A DNA stretch of 19,269 nt from Candidatus Thorarchaeota archaeon (GTDB lineage: Archaea > Asgardarchaeota > Thorarchaeia > Thorarchaeales > Thorarchaeaceae). Below are positions 8,077-16,540 of this stretch, piece after piece. The stretch covers positions 1 through 19,269 of the forward strand of contig JBHLRS010000051.1 in the NCBI GenBank assembly GCA_048882325.1. Direction: 5' to 3'. The notes beneath the pieces are model-generated. The model was not told the DNA's origin. It worked only from the letters and a program-made list of their open reading frames with translations, and did no database searches. A program made the translations under genes and the position numbers. The stretch's first letter is position 1, and each line of letters starts with the position of its first letter.

Positions 8077-9665
8077 ACGAAAGCCTCCTCCCTACGCTGA
8101 TCAATCCCATGTCCTGCCATCAGCAAGCCCAGCTCTTCAGCAGTTGTTTCATTAGGAGTTTTCAAAGCAACAATCTGACCATCAAATATGACTGCTATTC
8201 GGTCCGCCACACTCAAAATCTCATCCAGTTCTGCTGACACCATTAAAATTGCCACACCATCATCTCTCATGGATACAAGCACATTGTGAATGTATTCTGT
8301 TGCCCCAACATCAAGTCCTCTAGTTGGTTGAGCAGCCAGAATCAGTTTTGGATTTCTTGCAAGTTCACGTGCAACTATGACCTTCTGCTGATTACCACCG
8401 GATAGCGTGCTGGCTAGACTATGAATATTGGATACCTTGATCGAGTAATCATAAACAAGTTGATCAGCAAGATTATCAGATTCGGATAGGTCTAATAACT
8501 GCATAGCAGGGCCCGTAGCATATGGAGGTTTGTGATGTATGCCCAGCGATGTATTTTCTGCAATAGTGAAACCAAGAATAAGTCCTCTTAGATGGCGGTC
8601 TTCAGGGATATGACTCACGCCAGATTCTCGAACTTCGCGTGGACTAAGACCAGTGATGTCAGCTCCGTTAAGCAGAATTTTTCCAGCTTTAGGTTTTAGC
8701 AGTCCCGCAATTGCTTCAACAAGCTCTGTCTGTCCATTTCCTTCAACACCCGCTATTCCAAGTATTTCTCCTGCTCTCACTTCAAGATTGATTCCTTTAA
8801 CTGCCGTGACCTTCCTCTTGTCTTCAACAACAAGATCATTGACAGAAAGGACAATGTTTCCCGGTGTTGCAGGACTCTTTTCGACCCTAAATACAACTGG
8901 TCTGCCAACCATCATTCTTGCTAATTCTTCAGGTGAGGTGTCTTCTTTGTTGACTGTCCCAATTAATTCTCCATCTCTAAGGACACTGATTCTATCAGCA
9001 AGTGCCATTGGCTCCCTTAGTTTGTGAGTGATCAGGATGATTGTACGACCACTCTCTTTAAACCGTTCAAGGGTAATAAAAAGGTCATCAACTTCTTGCG
9101 GTGTGAGGACTGAGGTTGGTTCATCAAGGATCAGAATATCTGCATTCCTATAGAGTGTCTTTATTATCTCTACTCTTTGTTGAAGACCAACTGAGATGTC
9201 CTGTATTTTCTCATTTGGTTCAATCTGAAGACCATTCTCTTCAGCGATTCTCTTTATTCTGGCTGCAGCACCTTTGAAATCAATCGGCAGAAGAGAACTC
9301 ATCATTTTTGCTCCCATGAGCTTTTCTGCACTAGCTCTTCTTAGAACTGGTTCAAGACCAAGAATTACATTCTCAGTTACTGTCAATGTTGGAATGAGCT
9401 TGAAATGTTGATGCACCATACCGACACCGCGAATGATTGCATCCTGAGGTGACTGAAGCTCTACCTCCTCCCCCTTGATTTTTATTATTCCGGAATCTTT
9501 CGAGAGAAAACCGTAAAGAATATTCATCAGCGTGGACTTTCCCGCCCCATTTTCACCCAACAACCCATGTACCTCACCCTCTCGTATCCTTAGGGTGATA
9601 TCCTTGTTTGCTTGGACTCCTCCGGGAAAGGTTTTCGAAATGTTCTCAAGCTCTACTGCGTAGAT
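8073..9665 (-). CDS. Nucleoside ABC transporter ATP-binding protein (two fused NBDs, ~530 aa); probable non-canonical ATC start at 9665
   Basis: Walker A GENGAGKS, Q-loop MVHQHF, ILILDEPT, LSGGNQQK, AAQPTRGLDVGA. The frame extends 34 codons upstream of the track's TTG (IYAVELENISKTFPGGVQANKDITLRIREGEVHG), the expected NBD N-terminus, to an ATC 6 nt after AGGAGGT. An in-frame TAG lies a few codons further upstream. Confidence 0.92.
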   Translation of the reverse strand: MYAVELENISKTFPGGVQANKDITLRIREGEVHGLLGENGAGKSTLMNILYGFLSKDSGIIKIKGEEVELQSPQDAIIRGVGMVHQHFKLIPTLTVTENVILGLEPVLRRASAEKLMGAKMMSSLLPIDFKGAAARIKRIAEENGLQIEPNEKIQDISVGLQQRVEIIKTLYRNADILILDEPTSVLTPQEVDDLFITLERFKESGRTIILITHKLREPMALADRISVLRDGELIGTVNKEDTSPEELARMMVGRPVVFRVEKSPATPGNIVLSVNDLVVEDKRKVTAVKGINLEVRAGEILGIAGVEGNGQTELVEAIAGLLKPKAGKILLNGADITGLSPREVRESGVSHIPEDRHLRGLILGFTIAENTSLGIHHKPPYATGPAMQLLDLSESDNLADQLVYDYSIKVSNIHSLASTLSGGNQQKVIVARELARNPKLILAAQPTRGLDVGATEYIHNVLVSMRDDGVAILMVSAELDEILSVADRIAVIFDGQIVALKTPNETTAEELGLLMAGHGIDQRREEAFV

Positions 9666-9741
9666 GGTAAGACCTCCTATTGGGCAGTCCTATAGGACGA
9701 GGAAAGCAGCAACTCCTATTTATCTCTGCCCAAATAAACTG

Positions 9742-9773
9742 AAAAAAGAAGAGGAGAGAGGCAAAAGCCTCTC
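9742..9773 (-). terminator. Hairpin plus pyrimidine/U tract downstream of the BMP gene (terminator or attenuator / mRNA-stabilising stem)
   Basis: GAGAGGC-TTTT-GCCTCTC (9773-9756) followed by TCCTCTTCTTTTTT on the minus strand, 7 nt after the BMP stop. Confidence 0.6.
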
Positions 9774-9780
9774 AGTTTTA

Positions 9781-10902
9781 CTAAGTCCAGTATATTACTT
9801 CAGGTACGGTTTCAACCCCATTTATGATGTCATCCTTCAGATCATTCACAATATCGATCCAAGACTGTGGAATGTCTAGTAATGGCGGATCGTATGGGAC
9901 GAGCTCATAGACTTGAGTCAGATTACTGAATGGTCGAAGACCACCAATCTCCCAACCCAGACCATTATTTGAAAGGTTGTAGACCTCAATGGTACCAGAT
10001 GTCTTATTCAAAGTCCCATCATGAGTGTCTTTGATAGCATCAAAAGCTGCAACATCCACTCTCTTCAACATACTAGTAAGTGCGAATGTTGGTGATGAAG
10101 CTCCTGCTGGATCATCATAGCTTGAAGTTCCAAACCACATTTGTGGCGAATCCACTCCAACCATCCACAGAGGAGTTGTGTTGGTTCCTGCATTGATCTT
10201 GTTTCTTGTTGCCGTCCATGCACCAATCCCAGATCTTCCTGCAGCCGCATAAATGATATCAACATCAGCTGCATGCATTGCATCAGCCAAATTTTGACCT
10301 ATTGCAGTGTCAACCCAGCTGTTGGTGTACTGTACTGTGAAGTTAACACCAGGATTGGTGTAGTTTGCACCCCACACAAAACCAGCTGCGAATCTGTGAA
10401 TCAGCCACATGTCTTCGCCACCAATAAAACCAACATTGTCAGTTTTGGTCATTAGACCTGCAAGAGCGCCAACAAGGGCAGATCCTTTTTGTTCCTGGAA
10501 AACGCAACTACGCACATTTGGCGCAATTACGACATTATCAATTATAGCAAACGTCTGGTTTGGAAAGTCAGCAGCAACCGCAGTTAACGCGTCAGCTTGA
10601 TCAAAACTACCACAAATGATGATTTCATATGTACCAGCCGCTGCATAGTCTCTAAGATATGTTTCAAACTCGGTTACCTGATCGGGCTCAGCTACATCAA
10701 AATTCCAGCCTAGCTCCGCTCTGGCTCTTAGTCCTCCTGCATAAGTACCGTCATTGAAACTGAGGTCACCTCTTCCTCCAGTTCCCAGTATGATAGCTAC
10801 TTTTGCGGGAGCAGGGAAGAGCATAGGACCCAGAAAGACTACAGCACCTAATCCAATGACAAGAATCACTATGAGAATGACCGCTGTTGTTCTTTGTTCC
10901 AT
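9781..10902 (-). CDS. BMP/PnrA-family (nucleoside) ABC substrate-binding protein, N-terminal membrane anchor, 373 aa
   Basis: GGRGDLSFND, F.EQKGSALVGALAGLMTKTDNVGFIGG, DIIYAAAGRSGIG, WMVGVDSPQ, LTSMLKRVDVA. The probable start is ATG 10902 (MEQRTT...), after GAGGTGGAGTGA, rather than the track's 10968. Confidence 0.92.
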   Translation of the reverse strand: MEQRTTAVILIVILVIGLGAVVFLGPMLFPAPAKVAIILGTGGRGDLSFNDGTYAGGLRARAELGWNFDVAEPDQVTEFETYLRDYAAAGTYEIIICGSFDQADALTAVAADFPNQTFAIIDNVVIAPNVRSCVFQEQKGSALVGALAGLMTKTDNVGFIGGEDMWLIHRFAAGFVWGANYTNPGVNFTVQYTNSWVDTAIGQNLADAMHAADVDIIYAAAGRSGIGAWTATRNKINAGTNTTPLWMVGVDSPQMWFGTSSYDDPAGASSPTFALTSMLKRVDVAAFDAIKDTHDGTLNKTSGTIEVYNLSNNGLGWEIGGLRPFSNLTQVYELVPYDPPLLDIPQSWIDIVNDLKDDIINGVETVPEVIYWT

Positions 10903-11205
10903 TTCACTCCACCTCAATTGAGATGCAATTGACACATGTTCTGAATATTTCAGATTTGTGTTACTCAAAGATTTACAAACTCACTAAAAAAACCTCTTCT
11001 AAAAATGCACTTTTAAAACACTTTCAAATTGCTCTAAGCAAAATATAGTGGATTTAAATATTCAGCCATATTTTTGTTCAAACAATTATAAAAGTAACAA
11101 GTTGCGTTCGCATTATGAGTCCGCAATCTGTGACCCTCTGGTGAGAGCCTGCGCAGTGCCTTTAGGTTATATACTATTGTGGGTAGAAAAAAAAGGGGAA
11201 ATATC

Positions 11206-11676
11206 ATGATTATTGACAAGACTTCGTCTAATCCAACTGACTTGAAGACTAGACTCTATCAGATTGTAACTGAGGAAAAGATTAGTTCACTAAGTATGAT
11301 ATGTGGGATGGCAGGGATCGATGAGGACCAGACCCGCTCTTTGTTGGAAGAACTTGTCGATGATGGAACCTTGACCGGTTCATTCACTGACGATGGTGAG
11401 AGGTTCTTTCTCTCCGATGTCAAGGTTTCCGATGCACCTGTTGCTCCAACTAGGGATAAGGGATATGAGATTGCGAAGGCAGACACACGTCAGGGGAAGA
11501 TTGTCCTCATCGCTGGTCTTGCAACAATGATAGCTGGATACATCGCCAGTGGCTTAAGAACTTTCAACGCAGTCATGGAACATGTGGGCGGTGCAGTGGT
11601 CATGATTGGCCTAGGTGTCCTGATTGCAGGATGGCTTATGATCAGTCGGGCTGATCCTCCCAGTAATATCAAATGA
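11206..11676 (+). CDS. Winged-helix (PCI/DDRGK-like) domain protein with two C-terminal TM helices
   Basis: RLYQIVTEEKISSLSMICGMAGIDEDQTRSLLEELVDDGTLTGSFTDDGERFF has a helix-helix-helix-wing pattern. Two hydrophobic segments follow (IVLIAGLATMIAGYIASGL; VGGAVVMIGLGVLIAGWLMI). The start is probably ATG 11206, with TTATATA at ~11167. Confidence 0.7.
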   Translation: MIIDKTSSNPTDLKTRLYQIVTEEKISSLSMICGMAGIDEDQTRSLLEELVDDGTLTGSFTDDGERFFLSDVKVSDAPVAPTRDKGYEIAKADTRQGKIVLIAGLATMIAGYIASGLRTFNAVMEHVGGAVVMIGLGVLIAGWLMISRADPPSNIK

Positions 11677-11734
11677 CCGGATAATCATATGCCAACGAAA
11701 AGGTTGGTTGTTAGACGGAGAACTGATATGCTCC

Positions 11735-11742
11735 TTTATATT
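11735..11742 (+). promoter_or_regulatory. TATA box of the C_GCAxxG_C_C / LLM operon
   Basis: TTTATATT about 25 nt upstream of ATG 11767. Confidence 0.45.
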
Positions 11743-11766
11743 TATTGCATAAACGGAGTGGTCAGT

Positions 11767-12231
11767 ATGTCAGATGATGTTGTCGCACTCGGGATGAAGT
11801 ACTTCAATAAAGAAGGGCATAATTGTGCACAGACTGTTATGCGAACAGTGCTGGAGCACTATGGTATGGATTTCAAAGAGTCAACGAAGGCTATGGCAGG
11901 ACTCGGAGGTGGTGTAGGTCTAGATGGAAATGTTTGTGGAGCAGTAAGCGGAGCAGTAGCTGCTCTCGGAGTGCTCAACAGTAGGCGGTTTGAGGATTTT
12001 GAACAACACAAGAATGAAACCTATACCTCAGCTTTGAAATTCATGTACAAATTCAGGAAGAAGCACGAGACCATAATCTGCGATGAGCTTACAGGAATTA
12101 CTATGTCGGACAAGGATGCGCGAACCAAAGCTATTGATACCGGGGTTTTTCATAGAATCTGTCCTCAATTTGTTGAAGATGCAATTAGAATCGTCGTCGA
12201 AATGGAAGATAAGATGGGAGGAGTATCATAG
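11767..12231 (+). CDS. C_GCAxxG_C_C family putative redox-active protein
   Basis: HNCAQT, GLGGGVG..GNVCGAVSGA, TIICDEL, RICPQFV give the four conserved Cys. The probable start is ATG 11767 (MSDDVV), after GGAGTGG. Confidence 0.9.
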   Translation: MSDDVVALGMKYFNKEGHNCAQTVMRTVLEHYGMDFKESTKAMAGLGGGVGLDGNVCGAVSGAVAALGVLNSRRFEDFEQHKNETYTSALKFMYKFRKKHETIICDELTGITMSDKDARTKAIDTGVFHRICPQFVEDAIRIVVEMEDKMGGVS

Positions 12232-12234
12232 AAA

Positions 12235-13179
12235 ATGAGGTTTGGCATTCAGATTGAACCCCAATTTGGTTTCAGTTATGATGATGTTACCGAACTCTCA
12301 GATAGAGCTCTTGACAATGGTTTCACTGGTGTCTGGTTTTCAGACCACTTTATGTTAGACGCTAATGCAGTGGACAAAGAGCTTCTTGATCCTTGGCTAT
12401 TGATGGCCGCGCTGGTGCGCGACAATAAGAAGATTCGAGTTGGTAGCTTGGTGTTCTGTAATAGCTACAGACCTCCGGCTCTTCACGCAAAGATGGCTGC
12501 TACAATCGATGTCATTTCAAATGGACGTCTTGATTTTGGAATTGGAGCAGGATGGAAGAGATTAGAATTTTTAGCCTATGGCTACAAATTTCCTAAATTT
12601 GCGACTAGAGCAGAGCAGCTTGAGGAGGCAATTCAAATCATCAGGGGTATCTGGACGCAGGAGAAATTTACCTTCAAAGGCAAACACTACCAAGTGAAAG
12701 AGGTCGTATCATTTCCAAAACCTGTTCAAAATCCAGTTCCCAAAATATGGGTTGGTTCAAACAGAGGTGGACCAAGAATGATTGAGATAGCAGCTCAATA
12801 TGGGGATGGTATCAACGTCGCGTGGGGATTCTCTCCAGACCAGACAAATAAGATCTTCAATCAGCTAGAAGAATTTGCAGAAAAACATGGTCGAAAATCA
12901 GGAATGATTGCTAAGTCTGTTGGTCTTTGGACAAGAGTCATGAAGACTGAAGCTGAGATAGAAGATAGAATCAAGGAGAATGCAGCTAAGCGCGGAATCT
13001 CTAAAGAAGCATACCGAAAAAGGGTCGCATCATCCCTCTGGGGCACCCCTGAGACCGTCGCTGAAAGACTTGTACAGTACAAGGAGCAAGGAGTTTCTGA
13101 CATTGTCCTCATGTTTCCATATGGGGAGATGAGGGAACAGATTAACCTATTTGGCGAGAGCGTGGTTCCCCTACTCTAA
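12235..13179 (+). CDS. LLM-class (luciferase-like) flavin/F420-dependent oxidoreductase
   Basis: MRFGIQI, GFTGVWFSDHF, YRPPALHAKMAATIDVISNGRLDFGIGAGW, FTFKGKHYQ, PKPVQNPVPKIWVG, WGTPETVAERL. It starts 3 nt after the previous stop. F420 versus FMN use cannot be determined from the sequence. Confidence 0.92.
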   Translation: MRFGIQIEPQFGFSYDDVTELSDRALDNGFTGVWFSDHFMLDANAVDKELLDPWLLMAALVRDNKKIRVGSLVFCNSYRPPALHAKMAATIDVISNGRLDFGIGAGWKRLEFLAYGYKFPKFATRAEQLEEAIQIIRGIWTQEKFTFKGKHYQVKEVVSFPKPVQNPVPKIWVGSNRGGPRMIEIAAQYGDGINVAWGFSPDQTNKIFNQLEEFAEKHGRKSGMIAKSVGLWTRVMKTEAEIEDRIKENAAKRGISKEAYRKRVASSLWGTPETVAERLVQYKEQGVSDIVLMFPYGEMREQINLFGESVVPLL

Positions 13180-13243
13180 ATAGCTGTTGATCCAGAACTT
13201 GCTGGGACGAGAATTCGAATGTTCTTACTTCAAAAGCCAGGAG

Positions 13244-13292
13244 AGGAATGGGTTGATACCCCTCACAAAGCGCGAGGGAGCGGCCCATTCCT
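13244..13292. terminator. Long stem-loop between convergent genes (bidirectional terminator or 3' structure)
   Basis: AGGAATGGGTTG pairs with CGGCCCATTCCT (12 bp including 2 G-U), enclosing an inner CCCTC/GAGGG stem. It begins 9 nt after the MFS stop on the minus strand. Confidence 0.5.
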
Positions 13293-13301
13293 AAATTGGT
13301 C

Positions 13302-14708
13302 TTAAGCCATTGTTGCTGGTTGGTCATCTTCAAGATATACTTTAGCCTCTCCCTTCACTGGTTGACGGACCTTTAGAAGGAGGAGGATAGAAACAACAAA
13401 GAACAATAGTATTGCTAGCATTGCATTTAGGTGTGCATCACGTATCAATGCAGGATCCTGAGTAGGATTCGCTAGAAGCAGAACGGATGCATACACAAAT
13501 GGTCCAAGTATAGCTGCAAATTTGCCGGTAAGAGCATAGAAACCATACATCTCTGATTTCTTGTCCTCCGGGATGAATTGGCCATACATACCTCGTGCGA
13601 TGCTTTGTGATGATCCCATTCCTACCCCAGCAATCATGCCAACTGTCCACCAGATGATGGCACCAAAATCTACAAAGAGGTATGCTATTGAGAGGGCAAT
13701 GACCCAAATGAACAGTGTGATGATAAGCGCTCTTTTTGTGCCAATTTTGTCTGCAACAATACCGAAGACGAACGCACCTGGGATAGCTGCGAGCTGTGTC
13801 ACAGCAAAGAAGATGAGAATGTTCGTCGTACTGAACAAGTAGACCTCTTGACCAAAGATGGCTGCATAGTAGATTACGGTAGTAATCGCATCACTGAAGA
13901 GGAAATAAGCAACTAGGAACAGGGGAAGACCCTGATAGTTGCGGATGTTCTTGACTGTGTTTCTCACACGTCGATAGCCTAGACTAGCTAGAGATTGATC
14001 CTCCTCTCCTGGAAACACTGTCGCAGGTCTATTCTTGAGAGCCATTATACTTGGAATAGCAAAGACAAGGAAGAAAATGGCACTTGCAAAGAATGCGTAA
14101 GTGTATGGTAGATCAGCTAGGATAACAAGAAGAGCAATAATTATTGTGGCCATGGCTCCAACATATCCTGCTGCATAGCCATATCCACTAATGCGACCTA
14201 TATTCTCCTCATTGCTTATCTCCGGGAGCCACGCATTATAGAAGGGCAGTGCTCCTTGAAATCCAACATTAGCGATGATGAAGATTATCCATGCCCAAAC
14301 CCAGATGTCTAAACCTAAAATGGGTGCAAAGTCGAAACCGGGTAAAGGATTTTCAGGTCTAATTTCGGGAATGGCATCAATCTGAGAATATGTGAGCCCT
14401 GGAAGGAACACCATGAATGCAGTTAATGCAATACAGACTGAAGTATAGAACATCAGGAACTTTTTCTTGGTTCCTCCAAAGTCTGCAATTGCACCAAGCA
14501 CAGGTGCAGTTACTGCAATGATTAACATAGTGACACTTCCTGCATAGCCCCACATTGCATCTCCGAGGGTTTCATTCCAGACCAACACTCGGAAGTAGAG
14601 CGGATATAGAGCAGTCACTATTAGAACCGTGAAGCTGGTGTTTGCTAGATCGTATAGATACCAGCCAAACCGTTCTTTCCTATCGGTTGGGATTTCATCT
14701 TCTCCCAT
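13302..14708 (-). CDS. MFS transporter, UMF1 / Atg22-like family
   Basis: GWYLYDLANTSF, APVLGAIADFG..KK, FYNAWLPEI, GRISGYGYAAGYVG, FLVAYFLFSDAITT, G..ADKIGTKR, YGFYALTGKFAAILGP; about 12 TM segments. Confidence 0.9.
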   Translation of the reverse strand: MGEDEIPTDRKERFGWYLYDLANTSFTVLIVTALYPLYFRVLVWNETLGDAMWGYAGSVTMLIIAVTAPVLGAIADFGGTKKKFLMFYTSVCIALTAFMVFLPGLTYSQIDAIPEIRPENPLPGFDFAPILGLDIWVWAWIIFIIANVGFQGALPFYNAWLPEISNEENIGRISGYGYAAGYVGAMATIIIALLVILADLPYTYAFFASAIFFLVFAIPSIMALKNRPATVFPGEEDQSLASLGYRRVRNTVKNIRNYQGLPLFLVAYFLFSDAITTVIYYAAIFGQEVYLFSTTNILIFFAVTQLAAIPGAFVFGIVADKIGTKRALIITLFIWVIALSIAYLFVDFGAIIWWTVGMIAGVGMGSSQSIARGMYGQFIPEDKKSEMYGFYALTGKFAAILGPFVYASVLLLANPTQDPALIRDAHLNAMLAILLFFVVSILLLLKVRQPVKGEAKVYLEDDQPATMA

Positions 14709-14815
14709 TCGTTTCTACTCCTGATTTGTCTTGATAGACCAGAAGCATTGACCATAGCCTATATTTAACCCTGAGGGATTTGAAAGATTCACGCTCTTAG
14801 GTAAACAATAAGAGA

Positions 14816-15259
14816 ATGAGTGAGAGAAGTAGTGTATCAGTGATAAAGATGAGGAAAAAGGAGCTCTTTGAGTTTTGTAAGGAATGGCTCAGTGCTTGGA
14901 ACGGAAACAATCCTAAGGCACTTCTCAGGTATTACAGTGAAGAAGCTCTCTATGTCGATCCTGCGAATAGAGATGGTCTCAAAGGCCACAAAGAGATGGC
15001 ACGATACTTTGAGCGTCTTCTGGATGCTTACCAAGACTGGACTTGGAGACCTATCGAAGTGTTTCCAATTGAAACTGGAGCGATTGTAAAATGGGAGTGC
15101 ACAATCCCGGTGGGTCAAGAAACTATTCATGAAATCGGCCTCGACATTGTCGAGATCGATGGTGATAAGATAACAAGGAACGAGGTCTATTTCGATAGAA
15201 CCCGATTGATGGCAGCAATTGAGAAGAAACGCAGAGACCGTCGATCTGCAGATCTTTAG
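14816..15259 (+). CDS. SnoaL-like / NTF2-fold protein
   Basis: WLSAWN......LLRYYSEEALYVDP.....LKG...MARYF, GLDIVEIDGDKITRNEVYFDR. The start may be ATG 14849. Confidence 0.88.
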   Translation: MSERSSVSVIKMRKKELFEFCKEWLSAWNGNNPKALLRYYSEEALYVDPANRDGLKGHKEMARYFERLLDAYQDWTWRPIEVFPIETGAIVKWECTIPVGQETIHEIGLDIVEIDGDKITRNEVYFDRTRLMAAIEKKRRDRRSADL

Positions 15260-15993
15260 TCGAATCTCTTTGTCCAGTTTGCTACTATTTCATTGAACAC
15301 TCCAAACTTCTCAAGCATGACCGCATGTCCAGCATCTTTGATCACGTGCATCTCGGAACTTTCAATTTTGTCTTTCAAGTAGGTGGCATACTTGGCAGGT
15401 GTCATCACATCAGCGTCACCCACAAGAATCAATGTGGAGGACTTTATCTGGTGAACCTTGTCCATTATATCAAACTTGTCACAAACCTTGAAATCTCTGG
15501 TAATTATCTGTGGAGGACATTTTCGAACCTCATGTCTGGAGGCTTCAATCACATCTTCTGAAGTTTCTTCATGAAACATGAAATTTCCAATAGCTTCCAC
15601 ATATCCATCAAAGTCATTCTCCAGGAGATTGAACACCACAGGAGTGACCCTTAGTTTAGCTCCAGTTCCAACCAATATTATTCCTCTAAGATATTCTGGG
15701 TATTTTAGGGCATAAAGTTGTGCAAGCGCGCCACCCATACTATGACCCGCGAGGAATGGTTTGTCGAACTTTGAAACCACCTCATGAACATCACTAAAAT
15801 ATGAATGAAGGACATCCTCCTCGGCTCTATCTGGAGTCTTTCCGTGACCATTGAGATCGATGGCAACCACATGAAGCTTTGATGAGAGCCCTCTCAGTTG
15901 CATAAACCAAGTTGCAGTTGATCCGCCAGCGCCATGCACAAAGATCACTGTCCTACTATCACGTGCACCTGATTCCTCAAAATGTACAGGCAT
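15256..15993 (-). CDS. Alpha/beta fold hydrolase
   Basis: FVHGAGG oxyanion motif, DLNGHG, nucleophile GHSMGG, GDADVMTP (acid) and DAGH (catalytic His). Confidence 0.93.
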   Translation of the reverse strand: MPVHFEESGARDSRTVIFVHGAGGSTATWFMQLRGLSSKLHVVAIDLNGHGKTPDRAEEDVLHSYFSDVHEVVSKFDKPFLAGHSMGGALAQLYALKYPEYLRGIILVGTGAKLRVTPVVFNLLENDFDGYVEAIGNFMFHEETSEDVIEASRHEVRKCPPQIITRDFKVCDKFDIMDKVHQIKSSTLILVGDADVMTPAKYATYLKDKIESSEMHVIKDAGHAVMLEKFGVFNEIVANWTKRFD

Positions 15994-16096
15994 GACAAAT
16001 CACTCTAACCTCTGGCATACTCTCAAGCAGAAAAGTCTGGCTATTAATACAGAGAAGCTACCTTTAAATCAAAATCAATTGGCGAAAATATCTCGT

Positions 16097-16537
16097 ATGA
16101 CCCTTCACAATCGAAACCCACTACTCCTCTGCTTAGGAGGAGGTATTCTCATGATTTTCTCCGGTTTTAGTGGAGCAATAGGAGTGATTGGGGAGTTATC
16201 AGAAATAATCCAGTATGTCTTTGGATTGGCTTTCCTTGAAACATTCGAGAACTTCATGATGGGACTCGCAGCGTGGGCTGCAGTTGGAGGAATCGTAGTG
16301 ATTTTCGGTGGTTTTGTTTTGACCACCGATAAAGTCAGATTTGGCGGATACATCATAATGCTCGGAATAATTGTCGGGATTGTTGGTCTTCTTATGACTC
16401 TGGTGCAAATGGCTTCAACTGGAGTATTTGTTATGAATCTTGTAGTGCAGCTCCACCAATCCCTCGGCTGGATCGGAGCGATATTGGCATTTATTGCGAG
16501 AATTATTGCTGAACAGAAACCCCTGGTCGATCGCTAA
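16097..16537 (+). CDS. Hypothetical 4-TM membrane protein (146 aa)
   Basis: Four Gly-rich hydrophobic segments. The probable start is ATG 16097, with TTTAAAT at 16063-16069 about 28 nt upstream; the track's 15992 start would overlap the divergent hydrolase start and its promoter. Confidence 0.75.
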   Translation: MTLHNRNPLLLCLGGGILMIFSGFSGAIGVIGELSEIIQYVFGLAFLETFENFMMGLAAWAAVGGIVVIFGGFVLTTDKVRFGGYIIMLGIIVGIVGLLMTLVQMASTGVFVMNLVVQLHQSLGWIGAILAFIARIIAEQKPLVDR

Positions 16538-16540
16538 ATT

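Noticed and set aside
10903-11205. ORF 11034-11219 (-), the BMP N-terminal extension to 10968, and a possible small RNA at ~11100-11165
   Set aside because: This is an AT-rich divergent promoter region. The ORF has no protein-like features, the BMP SD points to ATG 10902, and no convincing C/D boxes or tRNA fold were seen.
13244-13292. Possible SECIS element (TGAT...AAA...GA in a stem-loop)
   Set aside because: The UGA/GA quartet register and upper-stem length do not fit the eukaryote/Loki-type SECIS. The adjacent C_GCAxxG_C_C, LLM and MFS genes have no in-frame TGA.
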